Origin: an uncultured Clostridium sp.
GTDB taxonomy: Bacteria > Bacillota > Clostridia > TANB77 > CAG-508
Assembly: GCA_964370905.1 (NCBI GenBank)
Contig: CAYJKK010000006.1
Coordinates: 18,345-82,344, forward strand
Direction of reading: 5' to 3'
DNA length: 64,000 bases
Within the stretch, counting starts at the first letter, position 1. The number at the start of each line of letters is the position of its first letter. The position numbers and the translations under genes are program-made. Of this stretch, positions 29,001 through 39,462 are shown one piece after another. The notes under the pieces were generated by a model. It saw only the letters and a program-made list of their open reading frames with translations. It made no database searches and was not told where the DNA came from.

Positions 29001-30079
29001 TGAAAAATGATGATAATAATTTAGATGAAAAGAAAGAAATAAAATCAAAAAAATTAGGATTTTTTAAAAAAGTGTGGTATGGAATAACAAAAATAGAATA
29101 TTATCCTCAAATGGTATCGAGTGGACTTGGAAAAACACTAATATATTTTCTAAAACTGATATTAATTTTGGCTATAGTAATGTGCATAGGTATAATATCT
29201 GAGATGTATCAAGAAGTTCAAAAATTAACAGGATATATAGTTAATGAATCTCCAGATTTTTCATATGGCAATGAAAAATTAACTGTAGAAAATTCACCAT
29301 TATATTACGAGCAAGAAAGTACAGCTTTTGGGAAAATTATTATTGATACAAGAGAAATAAGTGTAGAAGATATCAATATATATATATCAGACCTAGAAAG
29401 TTCTGCAGATAATTTTGCAGTAGTACTAAATGATAGTATTATAATTAAAAATACTATGATTACATCTGAAATAACATATAAGTATAGTGACATATTAGAA
29501 GGATTACAAATAACTGAATTTGATAAGCAAGATGTTATACAATATATAGAAAGTTATCAAATAATAATAATATATATATGTGTGTATATAATAATGTTAA
29601 TATATGCATTCATACTATATACAATAATAACATTTTCAAATGTGTTATTCTTAACAGTAATAGGGTTAATATCAGCAATTGGAGCTAGAATAAAGCTAAG
29701 ATATAAAGCACTAATATGTATGGCAATATATTCTCTTACATTATCAATATTATTAAATACAATATATATAGGAGTTAATATATTTATAGATTTTGAAATA
29801 GAATATTTTGAGGTGATGTATATATCAGTAGCGACAATATATTTAGTAGCATCAATATTTATACTTAAATCAGAAATATTAAAGCAACAAACAGAAATTG
29901 CAAAATATACTGAGGAACAAGCAAAAATAAAGCAATTAGAAAAAGAGATGGAAGATAAATTAAATGAAGTAAAAAGAGAAAAAAAGAAAGATAATAAAAA
30001 ACAAAAGGAAAAAAGTAATAATAAAGAAGAAAGCGAAGATAATAATATAGGAGAAGAGCCTAGAAGTTCAGAAACTTAA
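29000..30079 (+). CDS. polytopic membrane protein (possibly DUF1189-like) with Lys/Glu-rich C-terminal tail
   Basis: GTG start overlapping the upstream stop. N-terminus FFKKVWYGITKIEYYPQM, then five or more TM helices. Tail KREKKKDNKKQKEKSNNKEESED. Confidence 0.5.
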   Translation: MKNDDNNLDEKKEIKSKKLGFFKKVWYGITKIEYYPQMVSSGLGKTLIYFLKLILILAIVMCIGIISEMYQEVQKLTGYIVNESPDFSYGNEKLTVENSPLYYEQESTAFGKIIIDTREISVEDINIYISDLESSADNFAVVLNDSIIIKNTMITSEITYKYSDILEGLQITEFDKQDVIQYIESYQIIIIYICVYIIMLIYAFILYTIITFSNVLFLTVIGLISAIGARIKLRYKALICMAIYSLTLSILLNTIYIGVNIFIDFEIEYFEVMYISVATIYLVASIFILKSEILKQQTEIAKYTEEQAKIKQLEKEMEDKLNEVKREKKKDNKKQKEKSNNKEESEDNNIGEEPRSSET

Positions 30080-30099
30080 AAATTAAATTGGAGGAAAAG

Positions 30100-31929
30100 A
30101 TGAAAGACCAAGAAGAAAAAAACGAAAATAATAAAAAAGATAAAAGTAACAAAAAGAATCAAAATAAAACATTAAAATTATTTAAAAACATTTTAATATT
30201 AGCAGCTATAATATTAGTATCAATTGGAATTGCAGTGTATTTAAATAATACAAGTAATGAAGAAGACAAAACTTTAAATTATGATCAGTTATATAGAGAA
30301 GTATTATCAGATAATGTTGAAAAAATAGAAATGACAGTAGGTAGTACATCTGCAACAGTTAAAATACGAGGTGAAGAAGAAGAAAAAACAGTTTTAATAC
30401 CAGAAACAGAACCTTTTTTAGAAACAGTACAAACAAAAATTGCTGAAGGACATGAAATAGAATTAATTCAAAACCCTAAAAGTGTATTATCACAAATACC
30501 ATCAATAATTTTTAGTATATTACCAACAGCATTAATGTTAATATTATTAGTTTTAATATTTAAAATGCAAGGAATTGGTGAAAAAGGTAAAGTTTATGAT
30601 GAAGAAGAAAGATTAACAGAAGTTAAATTTGACGATATAGCAGGACTAGATGAAGAAAAAGCAGAATTAGAAGAAATAGTTGAATTCTTAAAAAAACCAG
30701 AAAAATTTGCAGAGATGGGAGCAAAAATACCTAAAGGTGTGCTTCTATACGGGAAACCAGGAACAGGAAAGACTTTAATAGCAAAAGCAATAGCCGGTGA
30801 AGCAAATGTACCATTTATATCAATGAGTGGATCAGAGTTTATAGAAATGTTTGCAGGACTTGGTGCATCAAGAGTAAGAAAACTATTTGAAAGAGCTAGA
30901 AAACTATCACCATGTATAGTATTTATAGATGAAATAGATGCAATAGGAACAAGAAGATCATCAAATAGTGGAGCAGAAACTGAAAATAATCAAACTCTAA
31001 ATCAGTTATTAGTAGAAATGGATGGATTTAGTTCAGAAGAAACAGTAATAATATTAGCAGCAACAAATAGACCAGAAATGTTAGATCAAGCCTTATTAAG
31101 ACCAGGAAGATTTGATAGACAAGTAACAATACCAACACCAGATTTAAAAGGAAGATTAGAAATATTAAAAATTCATACAAGAGATAAAAAAATGGCAGAA
31201 GAAGTTGATTTACAAAGTATTGCAGAAGATACAGCAGGCTTTACCGGAGCAGAACTTGCAAACATATTAAATGAGGCAGCAATTATTGCAACTAGAAATA
31301 ATCATGAAGCAATAGAAAATGATGATGTTGAAGAAGCGGTTAAAAAAACTACAGTTGGTTTAGAAAAAAGAACAAGAGAAATATCAGAAAAAGATAGAAA
31401 ACTTACTGCATACCATGAAGCAGGACATGCAGTTGTAAGTAGATATTTAGAAACACAAACTGATGTTAAAGAAGTTTCAATAATACCACGTGGACTAGCA
31501 GGTGGATATACAATGTATAAGTCAAATGAAGATAAATACTATATATCTAAAACAGAAATGCAAGAAAAGTTAATAGCACTTTTAGGTGGAAGAGCAGCAG
31601 AAAAACTAGTTTTAGATGATATATCAACTGGAGCAAGTAATGATATTGAAGTAGCAACTGGAATAGCAAGAGATATGGTAACTAAATATGGAATGAGTGA
31701 TGTGTTAGGTCCAATAGATCTTCACACAAAAGATCCATATGAAGTACAAATATTTGGAGATAGTATTAGTGATAAAATAGGTAATGAAGTTAAAAAATTA
31801 ATAGATATAGCATATAATGATGCACAAATAATATTAAGAGAAAATAGAGATAAACTAGATGTTATAGCAGAGCTATTACTTAAACAAGAAAAAATCAATG
31901 AAAAAGAATTTAAACAAATATTTGAATAA
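30100..31929 (+). CDS. ftsH: ATP-dependent zinc metalloprotease FtsH
   Basis: AAA Walker A GKPGTGKTLIAKAIAGEA, SRH motif and M41 HEAGHAV. The start is at ATG 30100 (ttggagg at 30088 is the RBS). Lys-rich N-terminal extension. Confidence 0.95.
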   Translation: MKDQEEKNENNKKDKSNKKNQNKTLKLFKNILILAAIILVSIGIAVYLNNTSNEEDKTLNYDQLYREVLSDNVEKIEMTVGSTSATVKIRGEEEEKTVLIPETEPFLETVQTKIAEGHEIELIQNPKSVLSQIPSIIFSILPTALMLILLVLIFKMQGIGEKGKVYDEEERLTEVKFDDIAGLDEEKAELEEIVEFLKKPEKFAEMGAKIPKGVLLYGKPGTGKTLIAKAIAGEANVPFISMSGSEFIEMFAGLGASRVRKLFERARKLSPCIVFIDEIDAIGTRRSSNSGAETENNQTLNQLLVEMDGFSSEETVIILAATNRPEMLDQALLRPGRFDRQVTIPTPDLKGRLEILKIHTRDKKMAEEVDLQSIAEDTAGFTGAELANILNEAAIIATRNNHEAIENDDVEEAVKKTTVGLEKRTREISEKDRKLTAYHEAGHAVVSRYLETQTDVKEVSIIPRGLAGGYTMYKSNEDKYYISKTEMQEKLIALLGGRAAEKLVLDDISTGASNDIEVATGIARDMVTKYGMSDVLGPIDLHTKDPYEVQIFGDSISDKIGNEVKKLIDIAYNDAQIILRENRDKLDVIAELLLKQEKINEKEFKQIFE

Positions 31930-31937
31930 ATTAGATG

Positions 31938-31968
31938 TGTGCCAAAAGTTTAATTTTGGCACATTTTT
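31938..31968 (+). terminator. intrinsic terminator after ftsH
   Basis: Stem tgtgccaaaa / ttttggcaca followed by ttttt. Confidence 0.8.
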
Positions 31969-32079
31969 AAAAATATAAACAGAAAAAAGAATAAAAGAGA
32001 AAAGTAGAAAAATAAAAAAGATTAAAAAAAGAAAAGTAGAAAATTAAAATATAAAAAACAAAGTAAATGAGGTGAATAA

Positions 32080-32958
32080 ATGACAATTTATGAATTGATA
32101 AAAAAAGGAACAATTATATTAAAAACAAATAATATAGAAAATGCAAACTTAAAATCAAGATTAATAATGCAGTATGTTTTTAAGAAAGATAGACAATATA
32201 TATTAATAAATGATAAATTAGAACCATCAAAAGAAAAGGAAAAATACTTTTTGCAATGTATAGATATGTTAGTAGAAAATATACCACTTCAGCATATTAC
32301 AAATACACAAGAATTTATGAAACTAAACTTTTTTGTTAATGAAAATGTATTGATTCCAAGATCAGATACAGAAATACTTGTAGAAGAAGTTATTAATATA
32401 ATTAATAAGATAAAAAATGAAAAAGGAAATATTGGAATTGATAATATTTCTGTAATGGATCTATGTACAGGTAGTGGAGCAATAGCTATTTCACTTGCTA
32501 AATATATTCCAAGTATTAATATAACAGCAGTTGATATAAGTGATAAAGCTTTAGAAGTAGCTAAGAAAAATGCTAAATTAAATAATGTAGAAGAGAAAAT
32601 TACTTTTATAAAATCAGATATGTTTTCAAAATTAGAGGGTCTTAAGTTTGATGTAATAGTTTCTAATCCACCATATATAAAAAAAGAAGTGATAAAAAAA
32701 CTAGATAAAGAAGTACAAAAAGAACCAATACTTGCATTAGATGGAGGAATAGATGGATTAGATTTTTATAGATTAATAGTAAACAATGGTTATGAATATT
32801 TAAAACAAAATGGATATATATGCTTGGAAATAGGATATGATCAAAGAGAAGATGTTATTAGATTAATAGAAAATAAAAAAGAAATATATTCAAATACATA
32901 TGCCAAAAATGATTTATATTCTAATGATAGAATAATAATAACGAAGTTACATATATAA
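32080..32958 (+). CDS. prmC: release factor glutamine N5-methyltransferase
   Basis: SAM motif DLCTGSGAIAISLA and catalytic NPPY (VSNPPYI). Confidence 0.9.
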   Translation: MTIYELIKKGTIILKTNNIENANLKSRLIMQYVFKKDRQYILINDKLEPSKEKEKYFLQCIDMLVENIPLQHITNTQEFMKLNFFVNENVLIPRSDTEILVEEVINIINKIKNEKGNIGIDNISVMDLCTGSGAIAISLAKYIPSINITAVDISDKALEVAKKNAKLNNVEEKITFIKSDMFSKLEGLKFDVIVSNPPYIKKEVIKKLDKEVQKEPILALDGGIDGLDFYRLIVNNGYEYLKQNGYICLEIGYDQREDVIRLIENKKEIYSNTYAKNDLYSNDRIIITKLHI

Positions 32959-33000
32959 TATAAAAATGTAATAAAAAGTGATAATAAGGAGGGGCAAATT

Positions 33001-33921
33001 ATGTCATTTACTTCAGAGATAAAACAAGAGTTAAACAAAAGCAATAGTTTATCTAATAAAGAATATATTAAATATGAATTAATAGGATATCTATTAACAA
33101 ATAATATATCTTTTGTAGATAAATCAAATATAAAATTTGTAACAGAAAGTGAATATAATATTAATAGATTTTCTAAAATATTATCAAATTTAAATATAGA
33201 ACACGATATAGGAATAAGTGGTAAATCATTTTTTTCTAAAATTAAAATAAAAAATCTACTAGAAAAAAAATTAGGAATAAATATAGATAAAGAAAATCAT
33301 AATATCAGACTATTAGAAGAATTAAAGTGTGAGATAGAATTGAAAAATGAAAAAGAAAAAGAAAAGGAAATCGAAAAACAAATAATAAAAGGTACTTTCA
33401 TGGGATCCGGCTCAATAAATGACCCGGCTAAAAATTATCATTTAGAAATTAACTTATCAAATAAAGAAAATATGAATTATGTTAAAAATATAATAGGACA
33501 ATCTGTAATTAATATGAAGGAAATGGAACTACCTAATAAGTATTGTATATACTTAAAAGATGGAGAAGAAATATCTAAGTTTTTAGCTTTAATAGGAGCA
33601 AACAAAGCAGTATTATCATTTGAAGAAATTCGTATTGAAAAAGAAATGAGAGGAAAAGTAAATAGATTAGTTAATTGTGAAACAGCTAATTTAAACAAAA
33701 CTATAAATGCATCAATAGAACAAATAGCAGCGATAAAAAAATTACATGAAAATGGTAAAATGAATAAATTAGATGATAATTTAAAGGAAATTGCAAAAAT
33801 AAGAATAGAAAATCCGGATATGTCATTAGTTGAGCTAGGAAATTTATTAAATGTACCTATAGGAAAATCTGGAGTAAATTATAGGCTTAAAAAAATTATA
33901 GAATTAGCAAATGAAATTTAA
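33001..33921 (+). CDS. whiA: DNA-binding sporulation/cell-division regulator WhiA
   Basis: N-terminus MSFTSEIKQELNKSN..., degenerate LAGLIDADG-like domains (FMGSGSINDPAKNYHLEI) and a C-terminal HTH. 306 aa. Confidence 0.9.
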   Translation: MSFTSEIKQELNKSNSLSNKEYIKYELIGYLLTNNISFVDKSNIKFVTESEYNINRFSKILSNLNIEHDIGISGKSFFSKIKIKNLLEKKLGINIDKENHNIRLLEELKCEIELKNEKEKEKEIEKQIIKGTFMGSGSINDPAKNYHLEINLSNKENMNYVKNIIGQSVINMKEMELPNKYCIYLKDGEEISKFLALIGANKAVLSFEEIRIEKEMRGKVNRLVNCETANLNKTINASIEQIAAIKKLHENGKMNKLDDNLKEIAKIRIENPDMSLVELGNLLNVPIGKSGVNYRLKKIIELANEI

Positions 33922-33953
33922 ATTAATTTAAGTAAAAGAAGTAAAGAAAAGAG

Positions 33954-35120
33954 ATGATCAGAATAAATAAAGAAGAAAATTATAATCAAAAAAAAGAATT
34001 AGGCATATACATACATATACCGTTTTGCAAGAGTAAATGTTATTATTGTGACTTTTTATCTTTTAAGGAAAATATTAATAATAATTCTCAGGTAGGAGAT
34101 TATATAAAAAAAATACTTCTAGAGATAGATAGTTTTGATTTTTCTAATTATGAAGTAACAACAATATATATTGGAGGAGGAACACCTTCATATATAGATG
34201 AAAATTACATAGAAAAAATATTAAATAAAATAAAAGAAAAGATAAAAAAAGAATACTATAAGCTTGAAAATATTGAAATAACAATAGAAATGAATCCTGG
34301 AACAATAAATAAAAGTAAGCTTCAAAAATATAAAGAAATTGGGATAAACAGAATTAGTTTAGGGCTTCAAACAATAAATGATGAATTATTGAAAAAAATA
34401 GGAAGAATACATACATTTGAAGAATTTTTGAAGGCATATAATTTAGTTAAGCAAATAGGATTTAATAATATTAGTTTTGACTTAATGATAGGACTTCCAG
34501 ACCAAAAAATAAAAGATATAAAGGAAATGGTGGACTTGATAAAAAAATTAGATCCAAATCATGTTAGTGTATACTCACTTATTTTAGAAGAAGGTACTAA
34601 ATTAGAAGAATTAGTTGAAAGTAATAAATTAGAATTACCATCAGAAGAAGATGAAAGAAAAATGTATTGGTATGTTAAAAATAAATTAGAATTACTAGGA
34701 TATAACCATTATGAAATATCTAACTTTTCAAAAATAGGAAAAGAATCAAAACATAATATGAATTGCTGGGAACAAAAAGAATATGTAGGTTTTGGATTAG
34801 GAGCACATTCATATATTGATAAGACAAGATATTTTAATGAGCAAATAGATGAAAATACATTAGATTATAATAAAGTAATAGAAGAAAAGCAAACAATAAA
34901 TGATAAAAAAAATGAATATATGTTATTATCACTTAGAAAGTTAGAAGGAGTTAATATAACTAAATTCAAAGAAAAATTCAATGAAAATCCAATATTTATA
35001 TATAAAGATATATTAGAAAAGTTGACAAATATGGAGTTAGTAGAAATAGATTTAAATAATATAAAACTAACAAACAAAGGTATAGATTTTGCTAATTTAG
35101 TTTGGCAAGAATTTGTTTAG
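33954..35120 (+). CDS. hemW: radical SAM heme chaperone HemW (HemN-like, oxygen-independent coproporphyrinogen oxidase family)
   Basis: GIYIHIPFCKSKCYYCDF (CxxxCxxC) and a HemN C-terminal domain. Confidence 0.9.
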   Translation: MIRINKEENYNQKKELGIYIHIPFCKSKCYYCDFLSFKENINNNSQVGDYIKKILLEIDSFDFSNYEVTTIYIGGGTPSYIDENYIEKILNKIKEKIKKEYYKLENIEITIEMNPGTINKSKLQKYKEIGINRISLGLQTINDELLKKIGRIHTFEEFLKAYNLVKQIGFNNISFDLMIGLPDQKIKDIKEMVDLIKKLDPNHVSVYSLILEEGTKLEELVESNKLELPSEEDERKMYWYVKNKLELLGYNHYEISNFSKIGKESKHNMNCWEQKEYVGFGLGAHSYIDKTRYFNEQIDENTLDYNKVIEEKQTINDKKNEYMLLSLRKLEGVNITKFKEKFNENPIFIYKDILEKLTNMELVEIDLNNIKLTNKGIDFANLVWQEFV

Positions 35121-35224
35121 AAAAATCTAAAAGTAAGAAAAAAGTTGAATATAAAAAGACAGCTATATAAAATAAATTATTTAAGATATAAATCAAAAAA
35201 AAAGAATAAATGTTCGTTAAACTA

Positions 35225-35253
35225 TTGACAAGTTTGAAACTTGGGTATAGAAT
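35225..35253 (+). promoter_or_regulatory. sigma-A type promoter of recN (TTGACA-17-TAGAAT) flanked by a 12-bp perfect inverted repeat
   Basis: ttgaca at 35225-35230, 17-nt spacer, tagaat at 35248-35253. IR aataaatgttcg (35205-35216) pairs with cgaacatttatt (35259-35270). Confidence 0.65.
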
Positions 35254-35287
35254 AAAGGCGAACATTTATTTTGTAGGAGGTTTTTTT

Positions 35288-36919
35288 ATGATTACAACAT
35301 TAAATATAAAAAATATAGGAATAATAGAGGAACTTAATATAGACTTTAATCAAGGTCTTAATGTATTAACTGGTGAAACAGGAGCAGGGAAAACATTAAT
35401 AATAGATTCACTTCAAGTTATATCAGGTGGACGATTTTCTAAAGAAATGATAAGAAGAGGTGAAACATATTCTTTTGTGGAAATTTGTATATATGATCCT
35501 AAAAATGAAAAATCAATAGATGGAAATATAATTGTCTCAAGAGAAATTCATCTAAGCGGAAAAAACATGTGCAAAATAAATGGAAGAATGGTAACTGTAC
35601 ATGAGCTAAAAGAATTTATGAATACATTTATAGAAATACATGGTCAACACGATAATCAAAATTTGTTAAATCCAAAATTACATTTAAACTATCTAGATAA
35701 TTTTATAGGAGAAGAAATATTTGAAATTAGAAATAAGTATATAGAAGAATATAAAAAATACTTAAAGATTTGTAAGGATTTAAAAGAAAACTATGGAGAT
35801 GAAAAAGAAAAACAAAGAAGGATAGATTTATTAAAATATCAAATAGAAGAAATTAAAAGTGCTTCATTAAAAAAAGATGAGGAAAACAGTCTAGAAGAAA
35901 AAAGGAAGATAATGTTAAATTCAGAAAAGATTTTTCAAAATATAAATAGTGCAGATGAAATAATCTCAAGTAATTTAATAGAAGGTATGAGTCAGTCAAT
36001 TAGATATTTAGAGAAAATAGAATCTATAGATGATAAATTTTCAGGTTTAAATACAAATTTAAAAAATATATATTATGAATTACAAGAAATATCAAGAGAT
36101 ATGTCTAGTTATATAGATGATATTGATTTTAATGAAGAAGAAAGAGATTTTGTTGAGGAAAGATTAGATATAATAAATTCTCTTAAAAGAAAATATGGTA
36201 ATAGTATAGAAGAAATTTTAGAATATAAATTAGAAGTAGAAGCGGAAGTAAATCATATAGAAAATTTAGAAGCATACATAAAAGAGTTAAAAAACAAAAA
36301 AATGAGTAGTGAAAAAGAAATGGATATACTAGCAAGCAAGATAAATAATATTAGAACTAAATATGCTAAAATATTATCAGAAAAAATAAACAATGAATTA
36401 GTAGAATTAGAAATGAAAAATGCTAAAATTAATGTAAAGGTAGAATATTTAGAAAATTCATATTTAGATACAGGTAAAAATCGAGTAGAACTATATATAA
36501 CAACAAATAAGGGAGAGGAAGAAAAATCATTAGTAAAAATAGCATCAGGTGGAGAAATGTCAAGGACTATGCTTGCAATAAAAAAAGTATTAGCAGATAT
36601 AGATGAAATTCCAATAATGATTTTTGATGAAATTGATACTGGAATTAGTGGGAAAGCCGCAAATTCAGTAGCAAATAAATTATCAGAAATTTCCAAAAAA
36701 CATCAAGTTATGTGTATATCACATTTGCCAAATATAGCTGCAATAGCGGATTATAATTATTTTATAAGTAAAAAAGTATTAGATGATAGAACAAAAACAG
36801 AAGTTAAATTATTAAAAGAAGAAGAAGTTATAAATGAGATTGCAAGAATATCATATGGAGAAGTAAATGATATAAGTAAAAAATATGCAAATGAATTAAG
36901 AAATAAAAAAGTTTCATAA
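35288..36919 (+). CDS. recN: DNA repair protein RecN
   Basis: SMC-like: Walker A GETGAGKTLI, long coiled coils, signature/Walker B region IMIFDEIDTGISG. The start is moved to ATG 35288 (RBS ggagg at -8) because the ORF-track start 35210 lies upstream of the promoter. Confidence 0.9.
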   Translation: MITTLNIKNIGIIEELNIDFNQGLNVLTGETGAGKTLIIDSLQVISGGRFSKEMIRRGETYSFVEICIYDPKNEKSIDGNIIVSREIHLSGKNMCKINGRMVTVHELKEFMNTFIEIHGQHDNQNLLNPKLHLNYLDNFIGEEIFEIRNKYIEEYKKYLKICKDLKENYGDEKEKQRRIDLLKYQIEEIKSASLKKDEENSLEEKRKIMLNSEKIFQNINSADEIISSNLIEGMSQSIRYLEKIESIDDKFSGLNTNLKNIYYELQEISRDMSSYIDDIDFNEEERDFVEERLDIINSLKRKYGNSIEEILEYKLEVEAEVNHIENLEAYIKELKNKKMSSEKEMDILASKINNIRTKYAKILSEKINNELVELEMKNAKINVKVEYLENSYLDTGKNRVELYITTNKGEEEKSLVKIASGGEMSRTMLAIKKVLADIDEIPIMIFDEIDTGISGKAANSVANKLSEISKKHQVMCISHLPNIAAIADYNYFISKKVLDDRTKTEVKLLKEEEVINEIARISYGEVNDISKKYANELRNKKVS

Positions 36920-37014
36920 AATGAAAAATAATTGTAATAAAATACTAAATTTATTGACACTATAATTATGTTATGATATATATAATATATATTAAAACTT
37001 AGGGAGGAAATATA

Positions 37015-37980
37015 ATGAAAGAACAAAAGAAAGCTCAAAAAAAAGTGGCAAAAAAGATTAATCCAAAGGTGTTATTAATTATAGCATTAGTTGTGGTTAT
37101 AGGAGTTATTGTATTAATTGTAAATCTTACAAATAGTGCTAAATCTAAAACAATTAACATTGAGGAAACAGCTAGAAAATTACTCGATATAAAAGTAGAA
37201 GGTTTAGAATTTGGAGACATTGAAACAACACTTAATGCAATAAAACTAGATAGTTTTGCAGGTATTGCAAATTTAACAAGACAAGAAATAGAAGATTTAG
37301 GAATCGATACAAATTTAATGGAAGATTACATGATTAAATATAATAGAGAGCAACAAGAATTTTTAGCTATAATAAAAGTATCAGATGAAAATAGAGAATT
37401 TTTAGATATGCAATTAGAAATGTTTATGGATACAATAAGATTTGAAAATATTGATGATATAAATATAACAGATAAAGATGTTGTAGTTGAATATGTAAAC
37501 AACTACTTAGTAGGAGTAGTTTCTTATGATAGTGATACTATTATAAATTTAATTAAAGTGGCAGACACAAGTGCAGTATTTAAATATATGAATGAAATAA
37601 ATATAACAGAAATATCTACTCGCTTAAGAATAGAACAAGAACAAGTTGAAGATTTCTATATGTTAGAAACTTTAGAAAAAAATAATAATGAATTAATAAT
37701 GATAGTAAAACCTAAAGAAGAACATAAAGAAGAAGTAAAAAATGAAATAGATAATTATTTTAGAGAATTAAGTGATGAAATAAGATTTAATTCACATGTA
37801 AATGTAGAAGACCCGATAGTAGATGATTATCTACCAGAAGATCCATTTGCAGAAGATAATATCATAGATAATAAATTAGAAATGGAATATGAAGGATATT
37901 ATATTTATATTGTAACAGAAGGTGGTCATAACGAAATGGTATATGATTATATGATAAATAATATTCAATATGCAGAGTAA
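37015..37980 (+). CDS. hypothetical N-terminally anchored protein (Lys-rich N-terminus, single TM, acidic extracytoplasmic domain)
   Basis: RBS agggagga. MKEQKKAQKKVAKK, then a TM helix. No confident domain match. Confidence 0.5.
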   Translation: MKEQKKAQKKVAKKINPKVLLIIALVVVIGVIVLIVNLTNSAKSKTINIEETARKLLDIKVEGLEFGDIETTLNAIKLDSFAGIANLTRQEIEDLGIDTNLMEDYMIKYNREQQEFLAIIKVSDENREFLDMQLEMFMDTIRFENIDDINITDKDVVVEYVNNYLVGVVSYDSDTIINLIKVADTSAVFKYMNEINITEISTRLRIEQEQVEDFYMLETLEKNNNELIMIVKPKEEHKEEVKNEIDNYFRELSDEIRFNSHVNVEDPIVDDYLPEDPFAEDNIIDNKLEMEYEGYYIYIVTEGGHNEMVYDYMINNIQYAE

Positions 37981-38063
37981 AAATAAAAAAAGAGGTGTTT
38001 AATGTTTTGCATTAAGCACTTTTTATAATATATTTCATTCTAGAATAGGAGAAAAATGAATAT

Positions 38064-39284
38064 ATGAAAATATTTAAAATAATAGTAGTATTTATAATAG
38101 TATTTATATTTGTTACTACGAATGCAAAAGCATTTGCCGAAAATATAATACTAGAAGCAGAAAGTGTAGAAGAAACTCAAAATCAAATAGTAACAGAACC
38201 TGTAGAAGAGATTATATTAGTAAGTGCAAAAGTACTTTCAGTAGGCGAGGTATATGAAAAAGAAGAATTTGGAAATAAACTAAAATATCAAGATGTAGAA
38301 GTAGAAATTTTAGAAGGAAAATTTGAAAATAGAATAATAAATGTAACTTATGGAATAACATATGATTTAGAAGGTGCAATCGAAAATTACGAATTAGAAA
38401 AAGGAAATACCGTTGAAATAAGGATAACAGAAGAAAATGGAGAAATAAAGAGTACTTCAATAGAAAGATTAGAAAGATCGAGTTATGTATATATAATGCT
38501 TGCTGTATTTTTTATATTAATTTTAGTAGTTGGTAGAAAACAAGGAATTAAAGCAATAGTTGCATTTTTAATAACAATACTTGCAATTTTCTATGTTATG
38601 TTGGAATCCATACTTAATGGAAAAAATGCAATACTAATGGCTATACTAGTATCGATAGGAATTATTGTAACTACTTTTATAGTAATAGCAGGATTTAATA
38701 AGAAATCATTAACAGCGATGATAGGAACATCAGGTGGAGTAATATCAGCAGCTTTATTAGCTATACTATTTGGAGTTATTGCTAAACTTACAGGAGGACA
38801 AGAAGAAGCTATATATTTGAGTATGAACACAGAAGGATTAGTTTTTAATTTTAAAGACTTGTTATTCGCAGGAATAGTAATATCATCACTTGGAGCTTGT
38901 ATGGATGTTGGAATGTCAATAGCATCTTCATTAGATGAATTAAGACAAAAAAATCCTGAAATAAAACCAATGGAACTATTTAAAAGTGGAATGAATATAG
39001 GTGGAGATATAATTGGAACAATGACAAATACACTAATACTTGCATATATTGGAGGAGCAGTAAATTTAGTACTATTATATATGATTAATGAATTATCAGT
39101 TAGTCAAATATTAAATATAGAATTAATAGCAACAGACGCTATATCAGCATTAGCAGCTAGCATGGGTGTAATACTTACAGTCCCAATTACAGCAGCAGTA
39201 TATAGTATGTTAAATAAACCGAAAAAAATATATCAAACAGAGAGTAAAACTAAAATAGATGGACAAAGAAGTTTAAAATTATAG
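38064..39284 (+). CDS. YibE/F-like membrane protein (signal peptide + extracellular domain + multiple TM helices)
   Basis: Signal peptide MKIFKIIVVFIIVFIFVTTNAKAFA, a soluble domain of about 130 aa, then seven or more TM helices. Architecture is typical of the YibE/F family. Confidence 0.65.
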   Translation: MKIFKIIVVFIIVFIFVTTNAKAFAENIILEAESVEETQNQIVTEPVEEIILVSAKVLSVGEVYEKEEFGNKLKYQDVEVEILEGKFENRIINVTYGITYDLEGAIENYELEKGNTVEIRITEENGEIKSTSIERLERSSYVYIMLAVFFILILVVGRKQGIKAIVAFLITILAIFYVMLESILNGKNAILMAILVSIGIIVTTFIVIAGFNKKSLTAMIGTSGGVISAALLAILFGVIAKLTGGQEEAIYLSMNTEGLVFNFKDLLFAGIVISSLGACMDVGMSIASSLDELRQKNPEIKPMELFKSGMNIGGDIIGTMTNTLILAYIGGAVNLVLLYMINELSVSQILNIELIATDAISALAASMGVILTVPITAAVYSMLNKPKKIYQTESKTKIDGQRSLKL

Positions 39285-39378
39285 TAAATATAGAATAGAT
39301 AAAAATATGTATATAAAAAGTTATTAGTTTTAAAACAAATTAATAACTTTTTTAGTTCGTTAAAAACATTAAAAAGTA

Positions 39379-39407
39379 TTGAAAATCAGGCAAAAGTATG
39401 GTATAAT
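39379..39407 (+). promoter_or_regulatory. sigma-A promoter TTGAAA-17-TATAAT with extended -10 TG
   Basis: ttgaaa at 39379-39384 and tgg+tataat at 39399-39407. Lies upstream of the 124-aa ORF and pheS. Confidence 0.55.
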
Positions 39408-39462
39408 ATAAAAGCTAGCGTGTTTTAGAGCTAAGAGAGATAAAGGATGTGAAAATAGATAG

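Noticed and set aside
35210-35287. Longer RecN start at 35210 from the ORF track
   Set aside because: The TTGACA-17-TAGAAT promoter lies inside this extension. ATG 35288 has a GGAGG RBS and gives the canonical RecN N-terminus (MITTLNIKNIGII).
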